DNA of 55,637 nucleotides. It comes from Chromera velia. Its lineage: Eukaryota. Where the stretch lies: NCBI GenBank assembly GCA_018398765.1, contig JAHBMJ010000130.1, positions 1 to 55,637 on the forward strand. Reading direction: 5' to 3'. Shown one piece after another: positions 24,001 through 36,549 of the stretch. Each line of letters starts with the position of its first letter. The stretch's first letter is position 1. The translations under genes and the position numbers were made by a program. Below the pieces are notes generated by a model that saw only the letters and a list, made by a program, of their open reading frames with translations, did no database searches and was not told where the DNA came from.

Positions 24001-24233
24001 CTCATTTGCTGTGCCTCTCCCACAGTCTCTTTTCACCGTGCGGTCTGCCATATGCCGTCGCCATTGATCTTTACCTGTCAATTAAAGAAAGAAAACTGCT
24101 GCTCGGGGGTGTGTGTGTCCTTCTCAGTGGCCTCCGTCAGATGGACTTTCACGCCCTCTCGCTCGGCTGTGTGATTTTTGCATCTTTCCTTTTTTTTCGA
24201 TCGACAGACAATCTTCTCTTCTCTTCTTCTCGC

Positions 24234-24311
<78 letters not shown>

Positions 24312-25787
24312 TATGCGTGTATGCGTGTGTGTGCGTGCGTTTGTGTGTGTGTGTGTGCAGGAAGAAGACTGGAGGAGTGCGGGGAAAGGACAAGGAGAAA
24401 GAGCGCGACGAGAGGCTTCGTCTTGAAGGACAGGTGACGCTTCTCCAAAACCAGAAGGAGAAGGTGGGCCTGCCGGAGGCTGCGTTCGAATTAATGGGCA
24501 GGGAGGTGAAATTGTGCCTGATATTTTGTATTTTTCTTTATTGTGGACGCCGCAAATTATCCGCAGAAAATTCAATGGATACCAGCCTAAACTGACGAAC
24601 TGGAAGTGAACCTTTTGCTGACAAGACAAGAAGCGCTTCTGTTTTTTTTTTTTGTTGAACCACTTTAGAAAAGCTTTTTGACAGAGATTTTGCTTTCTTT
24701 TCCGGAGGCAGTGGAGGTATGGTCTGGCCCGTGTCCGTTGTTTTGTCTGTCGTCCTTTGTGTTCTTTCGGATTGTCTTGCGTCTCTATTTCATCCTTGTG
24801 GGCGTGTGCGTGTGTGTGTGTGTATGTGTGTGTTTCTCTTCTTTTTTTTTTTCTTTGTTTTTGAAATATTAAATGCACGAAAGCGGGGAATTTCGCTTTG
24901 CTGGGGCCTGCTCTTTGCTGTCGTGTCGGGCTGCCTCCCTGCCTGCCAAGCAAGAAGTGGTCTCACGATTGATTGGTGCAGTCGGTTGTCTTCTCTCGTG
25001 TGAATTCTGTGCAGCTGTTTTCTGTGTGCCTCCCTGACTTGAATGACGCCTCCCTGCGAACATCCTCTTCCATCTTTTCTGTGCTGTGTCATGCTCCGGT
25101 CATTCGTTTGTTCATTTTTTTTGTCAGCATCATCTGTTTGGTGTGTTTCTTCTGATGCCATCTCTCTTATCTCATGTCGTGAGCTGTGGTGTCCTGTCAG
25201 GAAACTCGTTTGCTTCGGAGTGAGAATTCGGAGCTTCGGAGTGAGTTGGAGTCTCTCCAGGAGAATCTGATGAAGACAGAGGAAGACGTGAAGGGACTGA
25301 GGAGAGTGAACGAGCAGCTGCAGAGAGAGAATGAAGAACTGCAAAGGGAGAGAGAGACCGAATATCTCGTTGAGGAGGAAGCGGAGGGCCTCAGGAGAAT
25401 TGTCGAGAATGAACGGTCGGTCGGTTGGTCAGTTAGTTCTTTTGCTTTGGCTGTTGAGGCGGCCTTTAATGTGTGTTACAAGCCCTCTCCTTGGATTGTG
25501 CACACTTGTATGTTTTTACAGTCGTGCGACGCGATACGGCTTTCTCTTGTTGCTCGATTTTTTTTTTCGAATAAACTTACACATGTAGAGAGAGAAGAAG
25601 AGGGCAGCCTGAGGGGCCCTCCATGGTGTCTTTCTCTCCTCTTCTTTGAGGTCTTCTTTTCTCTCATCACGCTTGTGTGTGTCAATCAATCAATGCCCCC
25701 GGCCCCATTGGAGTTTTTTGTCGCATTCATGTGTCTTTCTTCTGAAACTTCTGTCAGGGTTTGAATTCGTGGTTCGATTTCGTCGAA

Positions 25788-25837
<50 letters not shown>

Positions 25838-28430
25838 TGATTGAGGACATACATTCGCATTCAGGTCAAAGAATTTACACCTGGAAGAAGAGAGGAGGCA
25901 ACTGGAGGTGGAGAAGGGGGCACTTGTAGAGGTGTGTGCGTATTTTTGTGTGTGTCTCTGTGTCTGTTGGTACCTCTGATGTGTGTTGACATCTCTGCTG
26001 CGACGTGCCTTCCTGTTCGTGTTTGACTCTTGTGTTTGTTTCTGGTCATGTTGTCGAATGGTTGGCTGTTGTCTTTCTTTTCGGATGGGTGAAGAGACTT
26101 CATGAACGGGCGGATGGTTGTGGGATCAAGGGCAGATGATTAGGTTTTTTTGTCGGTCTTCTCACTTTCATGTGGTAGAGAGCAAACCAAATCAATCAGA
26201 GAAAGAGAACTTCGTTTGTTGGGCCTTGTTTCTTTTCTGTCTCTCGTATTGACTGACCAGCTCAATTCTCCTCGGATAAAACGGAACACGCAGAGGGTTG
26301 GTTGTGTTGCACTGCTTACATACGTCCTTTCCCGTCCCCCCCCTCCCGCTTCGCATTCCAGAGACTCTCTAAGATGGAGACGGGGAGGAAGAACTCGAAG
26401 GATCAGACGGCACAGGCAGGCGGAGAAACGACTCCCACCGACAGCAACAGCAAGAGCGTACCGATGGCTGTGCCCAAAAACTTGTGGAGCCTTGTGGAGA
26501 GACTGGAGACGGCAGAGGTCGGGCGGTGTAGCGGGTCTACCTGTTTTCTTTTGTGTGTTTGTTGTTTTTCGATGGAGAGACTGGAGACGGTGTGGGAGGT
26601 CTTGTCTTCTGTTCCGGAATTCGAATGTCAAGTGAAGCCCTTGAGAAAGAAAGGAAAGGAGAAAAGACACACAACAGAGTCTCTCTCTCTCTTTCTCTTT
26701 CTCTCACTCTCTCTCTCCGCAGCCTTGTTGCTCGTTGCCCGCCTATTTTGGTGCCTGTACATGCCCCCTCCTCTCTTCCTTCGATTCTCTTTCCTTCCTT
26801 CCCGTCTCCCTGCTGCTTCCTGCCTGTTCTCAGGAGGAAAACGAGCGTTTGCGTTTCCAGCTTCTTCAAGCACGAGAGGAGACTGGCGGGACTTCTGGAG
26901 AGGTCAGCAGGCAGGCGGGCGGGCGAAAGGAAAGAACGAGAATCGGGGAATTAAGAGGTGAAGAGCGAGGGAGGGAGGGTGTCTAGCTGTCCCTCCGTCT
27001 TTGTGTCTGCCTGCCTACAGGGCTATCTGACATGTAGCGATGCTTAATTCTTGAATGATTGATGAATGGCTGGTGTCATTCTCATTCGTTCACTGGACGT
27101 ACAAGGACAGAAGACAAACGCATGCGGCTGCTGCATGCATGCACAGACAGACAGACAGACACGCATCCTGCATGGTCCCTGCCTGCCTGCCTGCCTGCCT
27201 GCCCATGCATCCTGGAGACCCACCCCTGCATTCGGAAGTTACGCGAGTGCCTTTTTGTGCGTGTGTTTGTTTGTGGAATTGCGCCTCTCCCTCTGTCAGA
27301 ATTAGACCCGAAGGAGGAAGGGAGGAATGACAGCGGCCGCGCTTCTCTCGGTGGTCCTTCGAGAAGCTGCCTGCATGCCTGAATGCCGCAATGGTACAAG
27401 ATTGATTGACTCTGCGTAGAAAGAAACTCTGCAGAGTGAAGGAGTGACAAAAGAAATGCTTGACTGTGTTTTCAGTGATGAATCTCATTCTTCCTTCTCC
27501 GTATGCTCTTTTGCAGATGATCCCCAGAGACCACGTTGAGAAGAACAGAGACGGGGGAGTAGAAAAAGAGGTCTCAGGAGACGCCCCCTCTCCTTCTCAG
27601 GCAGAAGTTGCGGAGGGACTCTGGAGAGAAAACCTCCGACTCCAAGGTGGGGGGGGNNNNNNNNGGGGGGGGGGGGGGGGTGCATGGACCGACCCTGCGT
27701 GGGAGGGAAGGGAAGGGAAGCTAGGGAGGGATGTTTTGGATTTTTTTGTGTCTTTGTGTCTTAGTCGTTGCCTTTCTTCCTTCTTCTTCCTGGACGGACT
27801 GACTGTTTTCTTTCTTTTTTTGTCTTTCATGATGGGTGACGTGCTTGTGTTTCTTTCTTTGTTTCTTTGGTTTTCGTCAAATTTTGTTTTTGTCCTGCAG
27901 TGTCTGCTTCTCGCTGGTCCTCCCTCTGCCTGTCAACCTTCAAGCTCCTGACTCTGGCTGCGGACGGACTGGAAGGGAAGGTGGAGGAAGGGAAGGCCTC
28001 CGGTGGGGGTGGGGGGGATGTGCTCGAGGCCGTTCGGTGTGTGGCGCCTGAAGCTCTGGAGAGTGGAGGCGGGTCGGGGAGGGAGGGCGGGAGGGATACC
28101 GAAGGGACGGCACGAGCGGTCGGTCGGTCGGTCAGCTGCTACTTGGCGCTCTTCCCTTCTCTCTCCTCGCTCGTGCGACGTTGTTTTCTTCGTCGTTCCT
28201 TTTTTGTGATTCTTTGGATTTTCTCCACAATTAAGCGGCCTGTCATGTTTTCTGAAGAAAAGAATTTTGGAGGTAACTGCGCGGAAGTAACTCCGTTGGT
28301 CCCTCTGCTGAATGGAATGGAATGGCAAGGAATGAAATGGCGCCGTTGCATGGGGGGCGGGGGGGATGGGGGTCTCGATCGGGGATTCTGCGATTGTCCT
28401 CGTGTGGGCGTCCGTGTCTGTCTAAGTGTG

Positions 28431-28479
<49 letters not shown>

Positions 28480-28481
28480 CG

Positions 28482-28512
<31 letters not shown>

Positions 28513-28965
28513 TGTTTGTCTCGATACTTTTCTGTCAACAAGTGTCCGTTCTTTCTTTCTTTCTTTCTCTTCTGGTTTCTTTGGTTGAGTCTGCAGCTCC
28601 GGTCCATCGCCGCTCGCATGGCAGAGTCCATCCCTGGCCTCTCCCTCGACCTCCAGCACACGAGGCCGAAGGACGCACACGCGTTCAGAGAGCCTGCCGA
28701 GGTTTCCGGGAATGGAAAAGGAAAGGATCACGCCGGCCAGGCTGGGCATGTGCAGAGTGTAGGTGTGAAGGGTGAAGGGCGGCCTCTTCATGCTGGTGCA
28801 GAGGGAGAGCCTGAGAGGCTGCGTGTGTCGGGAGGGATTCCGGTGATTGCCTCTCCCCGTGCATGGGAAGAGAATCTGCTCATCAGAGAGGGGGGCAAAG
28901 AAGAAGGAAAAGGAGACAGAGGCGCTGCAGAAGAGGATGCAACAGACTGGCTGATTCCCAACTGA
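21003..28965 (+). CDS. Multi-exon protein with a His/Pro-rich low-complexity N-terminus and a central coiled coil
   Basis: In-frame GT-AG exons at about 21003-21057, 21183-21365, 21911-22803, 23161-23348, 24361-24463, 25201-25415, 25865-25931, 26362-26517, 26834-26902, 27518-27646, 27901-28118 and 28597-28965. Heptad-like text such as ETRLLRSENSELRSELESLQENL and EENERLRFQLLQARE. Confidence 0.75.
23515..23900 (+). mobile_element. Retroposon-like 3' ends (..GAAACATATA(GTCT)n at ~23557 and ..AAAGACGATATA(GTCT)n at ~23877) within (GTCT)n tracts
   Basis: Same terminal sequences as at 5201-5430, 42070-42322 and 51850-51910. Confidence 0.6.
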
Positions 28966-30539
28966 CCCAGAAATACACGCACAAACGTATGGGCATGCAG
29001 ACAGATAGACAAGAAAGCGAATCGATCTAGAGAAACGAGCAGCTACATAGACGTGCATCGCTCCCCCCCCACCCACACACACACATGCCCTGTATTCATC
29101 ACGCACGAGGCTCCCTTCCCTCACTCACTCCCTGCGAGCCCCCACACGATATTCAGACTGGAGTATCTTCAGAGCTTCCCTCCAATCACACACACACACA
29201 CACACACACACTCACAGAGAGAGAGAGAGAGCACGAATTAAACGGAGTAAGAGAACCAACGCGCAAAAATGTCCCCCCCCCCGTCCGGCTCTGAGTCCGG
29301 TCCTGCCCTCCCACTCCGAACGAAGGAAGGAAGGAATGCAGATGCCTCCCTCCCTCCGCTACATGCATCGAACTCCCTCCTAGCTCCCCTCCTTTAGTTT
29401 CCTCCGTGCAGGCTTCCCTTCCCTCATTAATTCCACCTTCTCTCTCTCTCTCGATGCATGGCATTGCATCTCATGCTGCCTTTCTTCCTGCCACGCAGCT
29501 GCATCCGCTTCGTCCTTGCCATGTCGGTTTGCATGCCCCCACTCAAATTAAATTCTCTCTCTCTTTCAAGCAAGCAAGCGTTGCTCTCGGGGCCTCAGGA
29601 TGGACCCACGTGCAGAGACACAAAGAGAGAGAGAGAGAGAGAGAGAGCCGCTGCACATGCATACAGTCAGAATTACCTTGGCATGCAGCGAGAGAATTCA
29701 TCATACCACCTGGAGGGGAGGGAGGGAAGGAAGGCGGCGCACGGGCGGTGTAGCAGTGGGGGGGGGTGCACGGAGCGCTGTTCCCTCCTTCGTTTGTTCC
29801 TTCCTTCCTTCTTTCCAGTTCGTCTCTGGTCGACCGAGCGCCCCTTCCCTTTCCTTTGTCCTTTCTGAGTGTCTGACTAGATGCCTGCCTGGCTGGCTGG
29901 ATGGGTGGGTGGGTGGATCGAGAGACGAAGATTTATTTCCGTCCTGCATGCAGTCCGTCATTCCTTCTTTCAGTCTGCATGCGTCCTGCGTTGCTGCAAG
30001 GTGGCATTTTTGCGTTTGTAGACTTTCCTCACTGATTGACTTTCACGCTGGCTGTTACCTGATCGAGGAAAGCCCGTGAAGGAGCACGCAGTTTTCGTTC
30101 TTTCTCTCTTTCTCGTCTTTGTCGGAACTCGATCGATCGATCAGGTCTTCTCTACCCTTCGCTTCGCTCAACGCTGTTGCGCCCCCCATGGCTTGCTGGC
30201 TGGCTGGATGACCATGCATCGATTGCCCATGATAGATGCCTTTGGATGGCTCGATTCTCAAATCGAGGCACTGATTGAGGTTGGATGTAAAGGGCTCTGT
30301 GCATCCTGACATGCATTTTGATGGAGACAAGTGCTGAATTGTGTTCATGCACAATGGCACGCTAAATTACATGCCATATATCATATAACGCGTGGCTAGG
30401 CAGTAGCAGGCACGTAGGCTAGTGACGTAGTAGCCGATCTCAGCGATCTGCACGTAGTGCTGCGTACCATATATAGTTAGTATAAAATATCATTATCATA
30501 CGCTATCCGAATCGCCATTGGCCCAAGCCCTCGCCGATC

Positions 30540-31430
30540 GGTCCTAAGACAATTTAGTAAAAATTGATTAAACGGAAATCTACTTATATAATTTTTCTAG
30601 TAAATCTTACTAGAAATCTTACTATATAAAGTTTACAATTTACTAAATAATTTAGTTACAAGCTCTGAGGCTATTCAAGCTTATATGGTGTGTAGAACTG
30701 CACTAGAACTTTACACAATATGGTTAAGAGTAACGAAAGTAGGACGGTTAGTAGGCGGCCGCTAGGCCGCCCGGTTACTAATTTTATGGTTATGGTAGTA
30801 GTGTACCAATGGTAATGGTAGTAGCTAAAAACAGGCAGATTTGGATCAGATTTAGCCACATTCTGAGTCAAACTTAACCTACAAAACCAATTTTAGACTA
30901 GTAAAAATCATATTAATTTTTGGCATTCATCAAAAGTTTATTCTAGTAAAACTCAATGTTCATTATTTTATGACTAAACTCTAACTCACTCTAACTAGTA
31001 TATCGTTATGTTTAGTAATGTATAGCATATATACAGATAATATACTATTTGGGTATGATCATTTTAAGGCTTTAAACTGCTAATGAGTGAAGTGGTCAGG
31101 CTTGAAAATGGGTTTAGCAACTGTTTTTACCAAAGTTTTTCCTTGAACTACCATGGTACTAGTCTAGATGGTAGTGGTACATGCCTTCAAGTCCACTGGT
31201 TACTATGTCATCGTTACCAAACTGATGGTAACTCGTTACTAGCTAAAAAGGGCCGGTAGTGACTCTAGTAGTAACTCCTAACTGTACTGTGTAACTAGAG
31301 TTAACAATGACAACTTAACATAGTTTTTAGTAGTTTTTAGCACTGTAAACTGAGTAATAGCTAGACTGTTAGTCTGTTATATGAACCTGGTTGTCAAACA
31401 CTGGGGCAAACATTCATACATGATTGATAT
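30540..31430. other. AT-rich, TpA/CTAG-rich block, probably a heavily mutated transposon relic
   Basis: Abrupt change in composition with dense TAG/CTA/TAA, no microsatellites and no credible ORF. Confidence 0.5.
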
Positions 31431-32884
31431 GCATAGGCGATACATTACATTTTAACACTACACGCGTGCAGTTCTAACAAATCTGACGGGCACTGTACTG
31501 GCATTTCTCAATCAAAGGCTTCCTGTAGACCCTGCCCAAAAACACAACAAAATAATAACCTGTATCTGGTTCAAACTGATCGAACCAATCCATCGATTGA
31601 TCGATCAGTCACCCTAGAAAGTGCCAGTGAGACGACAGGCTAGAAGGCACGGGTGCGCGCAGGCTTGTAGGATGCAAACGATGCATGGTGGGTCGAGCTG
31701 CGACTCCAAGCACGCCCCCCCCGCCCTGTTGAAGATTCGATCATTCCTTGCGTGAAACAGTTTTCTGAGCTCTGCGCTCATACCATGCAGGTAGGTCAAG
31801 TCTTTCTCCACTCCCTTTTTCCAGATCCATTTCTGCATGTGCGCGATTGCTTCATGAATATCTGCGATTTGTAGTAATTTCATCAAACAGTCGATCAGCG
31901 TCACAATCCACCGCAATCAATCCACGCAGCACGCAACAACACAAAATGAATATGAGAGAGGGAGAGTAGAAAAGGATCTGACAGGGACAAAGCGACGGAT
32001 TCATCAATCGACGAGTCGTCGTCTCTTCTCTTTGTTTTGCAAAGAAAGAATCGACTCATCAAACGATAAAAAGAGGGACGGGAAAGAGCATTTCATCGGA
32101 TCTTTTCTTCCCCCGCCTCTTTCTCCCCTTTCTTCCCAAGTATCTCTGGCCCAAACAAGTCGATCAGCCGTCTCCTTCGTTCCTTCCCGCCCTCTCCCTT
32201 TCTTCTTCTTCATCATCTTCTTCTTGACGACGGAGACCTCACCGAGAGGCGACCCTACCAGAATTGAACCAGGGTTTCATTCATTACAAATGTTTTTTTT
32301 TTTCGGTGCCCATGCTCGCATTTTTCTTCGTCTTTTTTTCAACGCTATAAACGCACAGCTTCCTCTCCACCGCACGCACACACGCACACACAAGCACAAG
32401 TACGATCACACACACACGCCGACATGAAGTCCTCCCCGATCATGATGGATGTTTTTTTGTTTTTGTTTTTTTTTGTTTCATGCAACCACCCATTAGCGCA
32501 AAACACACACGGCCTCTACACATGCAATCATCAAATTCTGTTCTCTCTCGGTTGCCAGACGGGCTGTTACGGCCATTCCCCCAAACGCAATCCTGTGAAG
32601 GTCCGACAGAGCGTTACCATGCATGCAGAGAGAGACACGCCTTCCCTGGCTGTCAGTAGAGCAGACGCGGGACCGGGTCGAAAGGGGGACAGGACAGTCA
32701 CCGGCGCTGGAGAGAGAGATCGAGAGCTGCACAGAGGAAGAGGGAAAAAGCGATTCAGCCTGGAGAACCTGCGTGCAAGGGGAAGGACAGGCTTCGTCTT
32801 GGTTGGATGGCTGGCAGCAAGGTTTTCCCTTCAGCACTGTGTCCGCACGACAGGCTTGCAACGCCGTGCCCCGCTATCGATAGG

Positions 32885-32920
<36 letters not shown>

Positions 32921-33148
32921 GCCTAGACCTGTCTGTACGAACGATCACAGAGGCACTAACTGTGGCGTTGGGCGGGGGACGATCTCAGGGGTCCTTTCCA
33001 CTCCTTCCCATCCTCCCTTTTTTGGTCGTCTTGCGAATCCCACCTACCATCTCCTGACTGGCTGAATGCACACCAGACAGGAAGGACTCACTCACCTTCC
33101 ATGCACCACCCCCCATGCAGCGGACCGTCCTTGCAACTCAAGTGGGCT

Positions 33149-34583
33149 TCAACCACTTGTCGGCTGGGCCCCCTTTCTCCTTTCCCTTTCCCTTCTTCCC
33201 CCCACGCCTCCCCCCCTCCTTCTGCTCCTTCTGCTGCTGAGGCGCAGAGGAGGCGGGCTGGGAAGGGGCGAGGTGAGGATGAGGAGTCTCCGTCGCAAGC
33301 CAAGGAGCCTCTCTTTGGACGTCTCCTTCTTTTTCTTGGGCTTTCTCTTTCCTGCACATGTACATGCACAATTTAACGATTAAGTAGTTAATGAATTAAT
33401 CCAGCATGCTACAAGGAGGAGTACGAGCAAACAGATCATGTTTTTTGAATGTGCTTGCAAATTCAGAACAGATTGATTGTGGCACAACAGGACAGGACGA
33501 CACAGCGTGCATGCAGCCAGGCGCATTGATTTTTTGATTGACTGATTAAGCACTTTTTCATATGTACATTCCACGCAGCCATGCATGACGCACTCAGATG
33601 ATCGTCGCACAGATGGAAGAAAGCGCATTCAACACTTGTCTGCCTGTCTGTCTGCGTGCACTATGTCCGCTCTACACAAATTTATTTGCCTGCCTACCTG
33701 CCTGTCTGCATGCTTGCCTGCCTTCATCGCATCGCACCGTCTCTCTGCCCCCCTCGACGAATCGAGAAAGAGCGGCAGCCGCCCCCGAGGAGCGGCACGT
33801 CTGTCCCTTCCATTCCCTCCCCCGTCCTTTCCTTTCCTTCCCCCACCTTCCCTTCCCTTCACTTTCCTTCCATCCCCTTTCCTTTCCTTCCCTCCTCTTC
33901 CCTTCCCTTCCATTCCTTCTCAAAACGATGGGGACCGACCTCGCAGACGTTTTCCCCCGTTTCGGACCTTTCGTGAGAGGCGACGGCGAGCGTTTGGTGA
34001 CGAAGCAGCAGCAAAGAGGGACCCGACACGTCCTGCCGTTGTGACGACAGGCTCGAATTGAGGAATGGGGGCCGGTATGCAACACTCCGGGTGTTGCGCT
34101 GCCATGATGTTGCAGTACTCAAAGATGGGAAGCTCCCTGGACCCCCCCCCGATCTCGAAGAGCGCCCGCTGGCTGCAGCTCCCGTGCGTCTCGATGCGGA
34201 CGTAAGTGTGGATGGGGTGGATACCCTTGGGGCCAGCTCGGTCGTCGGGTGTCCTGCACTCCAGAGGCAGGTTCTTTCGGGCCACTTGGCTGATGCTCTT
34301 GAGGTCCTTCTCGTTGAACCTGCACACAGCCACTCACACATGCACCCGCATTCATTTTTACATACATGCGTTCGTACATACAGACATGCATATATACCTG
34401 CACAGAGGCACTCACACACAATTTGTACACCTGATCGCTCTCTCTCTCATACACACGCACACACACACACACACACTCACTCACTCATTCACTCACGTAC
34501 ACACGTACACACATACACACGCACACACACGCACACACACGCACACACACGCGCACACACGCGCACACACGCGCACACACGCG

Positions 34584-34621
<38 letters not shown>

Positions 34622-34628
34622 ACACACA

Positions 34629-34669
<41 letters not shown>

Positions 34670-34688
34670 ACACGCGCGCACACACGCT

Positions 34689-34782
<94 letters not shown>

Positions 34783-35496
34783 GTCTGAGAAGGAGGGAGA
34801 AAATCTCATCTCAAGCTCAGCACAAGCAAGCATCTGAGGGAGAGAGACAGCTCATGAGCAGCAGCAGGTCACAATGAGTGCAAAAGGGCCATAAGGAAAC
34901 TGACTGACTGACCATTCAACCCGCTTGCCGAGCAGCCCCTCGACCCACTGTCTGAGTGGCAGCGGGCCTGACAGCCCCCCTTCCACCACCTGCTGAACCG
35001 AATTTTGCACAGGTGCATTCACGTGCTCGGCAGTATCTTGGACAGGACAGAGACGGGGTGGCTGGTCGGAATTCTGGCGCTTCTGGGCCGTCGTCGGCCT
35101 GGGGGGGTATCTGGTCTCTCTTGAGTGCCCCCGGTGTAGTTGCTGCTTCTGTGGGGGGGGAGGGGGGTTCAACGGCGCAGAGGATCCGTACATGCGGTGG
35201 TGGAAAGAAGCGGAGGCGGGCACGAATTCTGATGCTTTGGCGTCCATTTCGATCTTCGCGGGGCTTGACCTCAGGCTCGTGGGTGGCGCCTGGGACGGGG
35301 CAGAGGAAGGGGGGGCGGTGGAGGGATCTGCGGGGGGGGTAGAGGAAGAGGATGTCTCCTTCCACGTCACGTGGGGGGTGTTTGGGTGGAAGAGGCCGAG
35401 CTCGTCCAACTCCGCGGCAGTCATGTTCCAAGGGGCACATGGCAGTTCTTGGAAGCGGATCTCGTCTGAGTCTATACACTGAAGCCTCCTCTGCAT
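33149..35496 (-). CDS. Hypothetical protein with a PAM2-like motif; exons about 35496-34913, 34319-33940 and 33351-33149; ends uncertain
   Basis: In-frame junction VE-W-FNEKDLK across GTCAGT..TGCAG; motif [12 protein letters not shown]; a complex middle exon. Confidence 0.55.
34445..34780. repeat. Intronic compound microsatellite (CA)n-(GA)n-(GACA)n
   Basis: Direct reading of the sequence. Confidence 0.95.
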
Positions 35497-35859
35497 CGAT
35501 TGTTCCTCTGTCTGATCGTATCCCGAGCGGGCGTGCAAAAGTCCAACTGCCTTGAGTCCTTCCCACCACGTCGCAGCACCATAAGAGGAGCCAGAGGGAA
35601 TTGGCTACACCTGGTCTCAGGCCACTCAGGGCAGGGAGCGCGCCCTTTCTCCTTAATCAATTCCTATTTAATGACAGGTGGACAGGTCGCTGTGGATGCA
35701 CCGCCTCCAGAATATGAAATTTAAATCTGCGCGCCACGTGCACAACGGTTTTTCAGGGCGAAATAATGACTGTCGTTCCTCAGCAGCTAGGACATATTTC
35801 TAACGAATTGCATCGACAGAACAGACATGAAAAAACACAAAAGTTGCGGCAAAACAGAG

Positions 35860-36050
35860 CCGCTGTCAGGGCATGTCAGGGCGTCAATGTGGCAAAAAAA
35901 AATCTGGCAAACAGACGGATCTGAAATGATCTGACAACAAATGACAAGCGTGTGTGATTGCCGTCTCCAGTCCGCGGTTCGCGCGGCCCCGGCCCCCCGC
36001 GCGGCCCGTCGGCCCGCGGCCCGCGCGCCCGCCGCTGCATGGTCGGCTGT
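35860..36050. promoter_or_regulatory. Putative bidirectional promoter: TGTCAGGGC twice, a CG-rich box and TGCATG
   Basis: Lies between divergent genes starting at 35496(-) and 36550(+). Confidence 0.4.
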
Positions 36051-36549
36051 TTTGTCGTGCCGTCATGCCGTCTCCAACCGTCTCCTGCAATTGATTCCTG
36101 TAAAAACAGTTGGTGCCGTCAGTCACTGCTGATTAAGTTCAAGAATGTTCAAGACGTGTGCGACGGGCGACGTTGATCGAAGACGTCGACACGCTTCAAG
36201 GTCGAATCTTCAAGGATCATGAATGAATGGTAATAATCAGTATTTATGCAGATCTTGAATGGTTTTGTACTCACACCTTGTCTCTTTCAGATTGTGACAG
36301 GTCGCGTTAAATTGGAGGCCAGATCTTGTCATTCTGCATCATGCACGCATATTTTTGTCTGTGATTCTGTGGTCCAATAATTGCCTCCCGCTGGTGGACA
36401 AAAGTTCCTGTCCATCTCTGTTGAGCTGCGCCTGACTTCAAGCAGTCCGTCGTCTCGAGAGAAATTAGATCCTATCTAATTTGTTTGGAAGCCTAGCTGG
36501 AGACTTGGATCTCGTCTTCTTTTTTTACAGATTCGACCATCCAGCGTGA

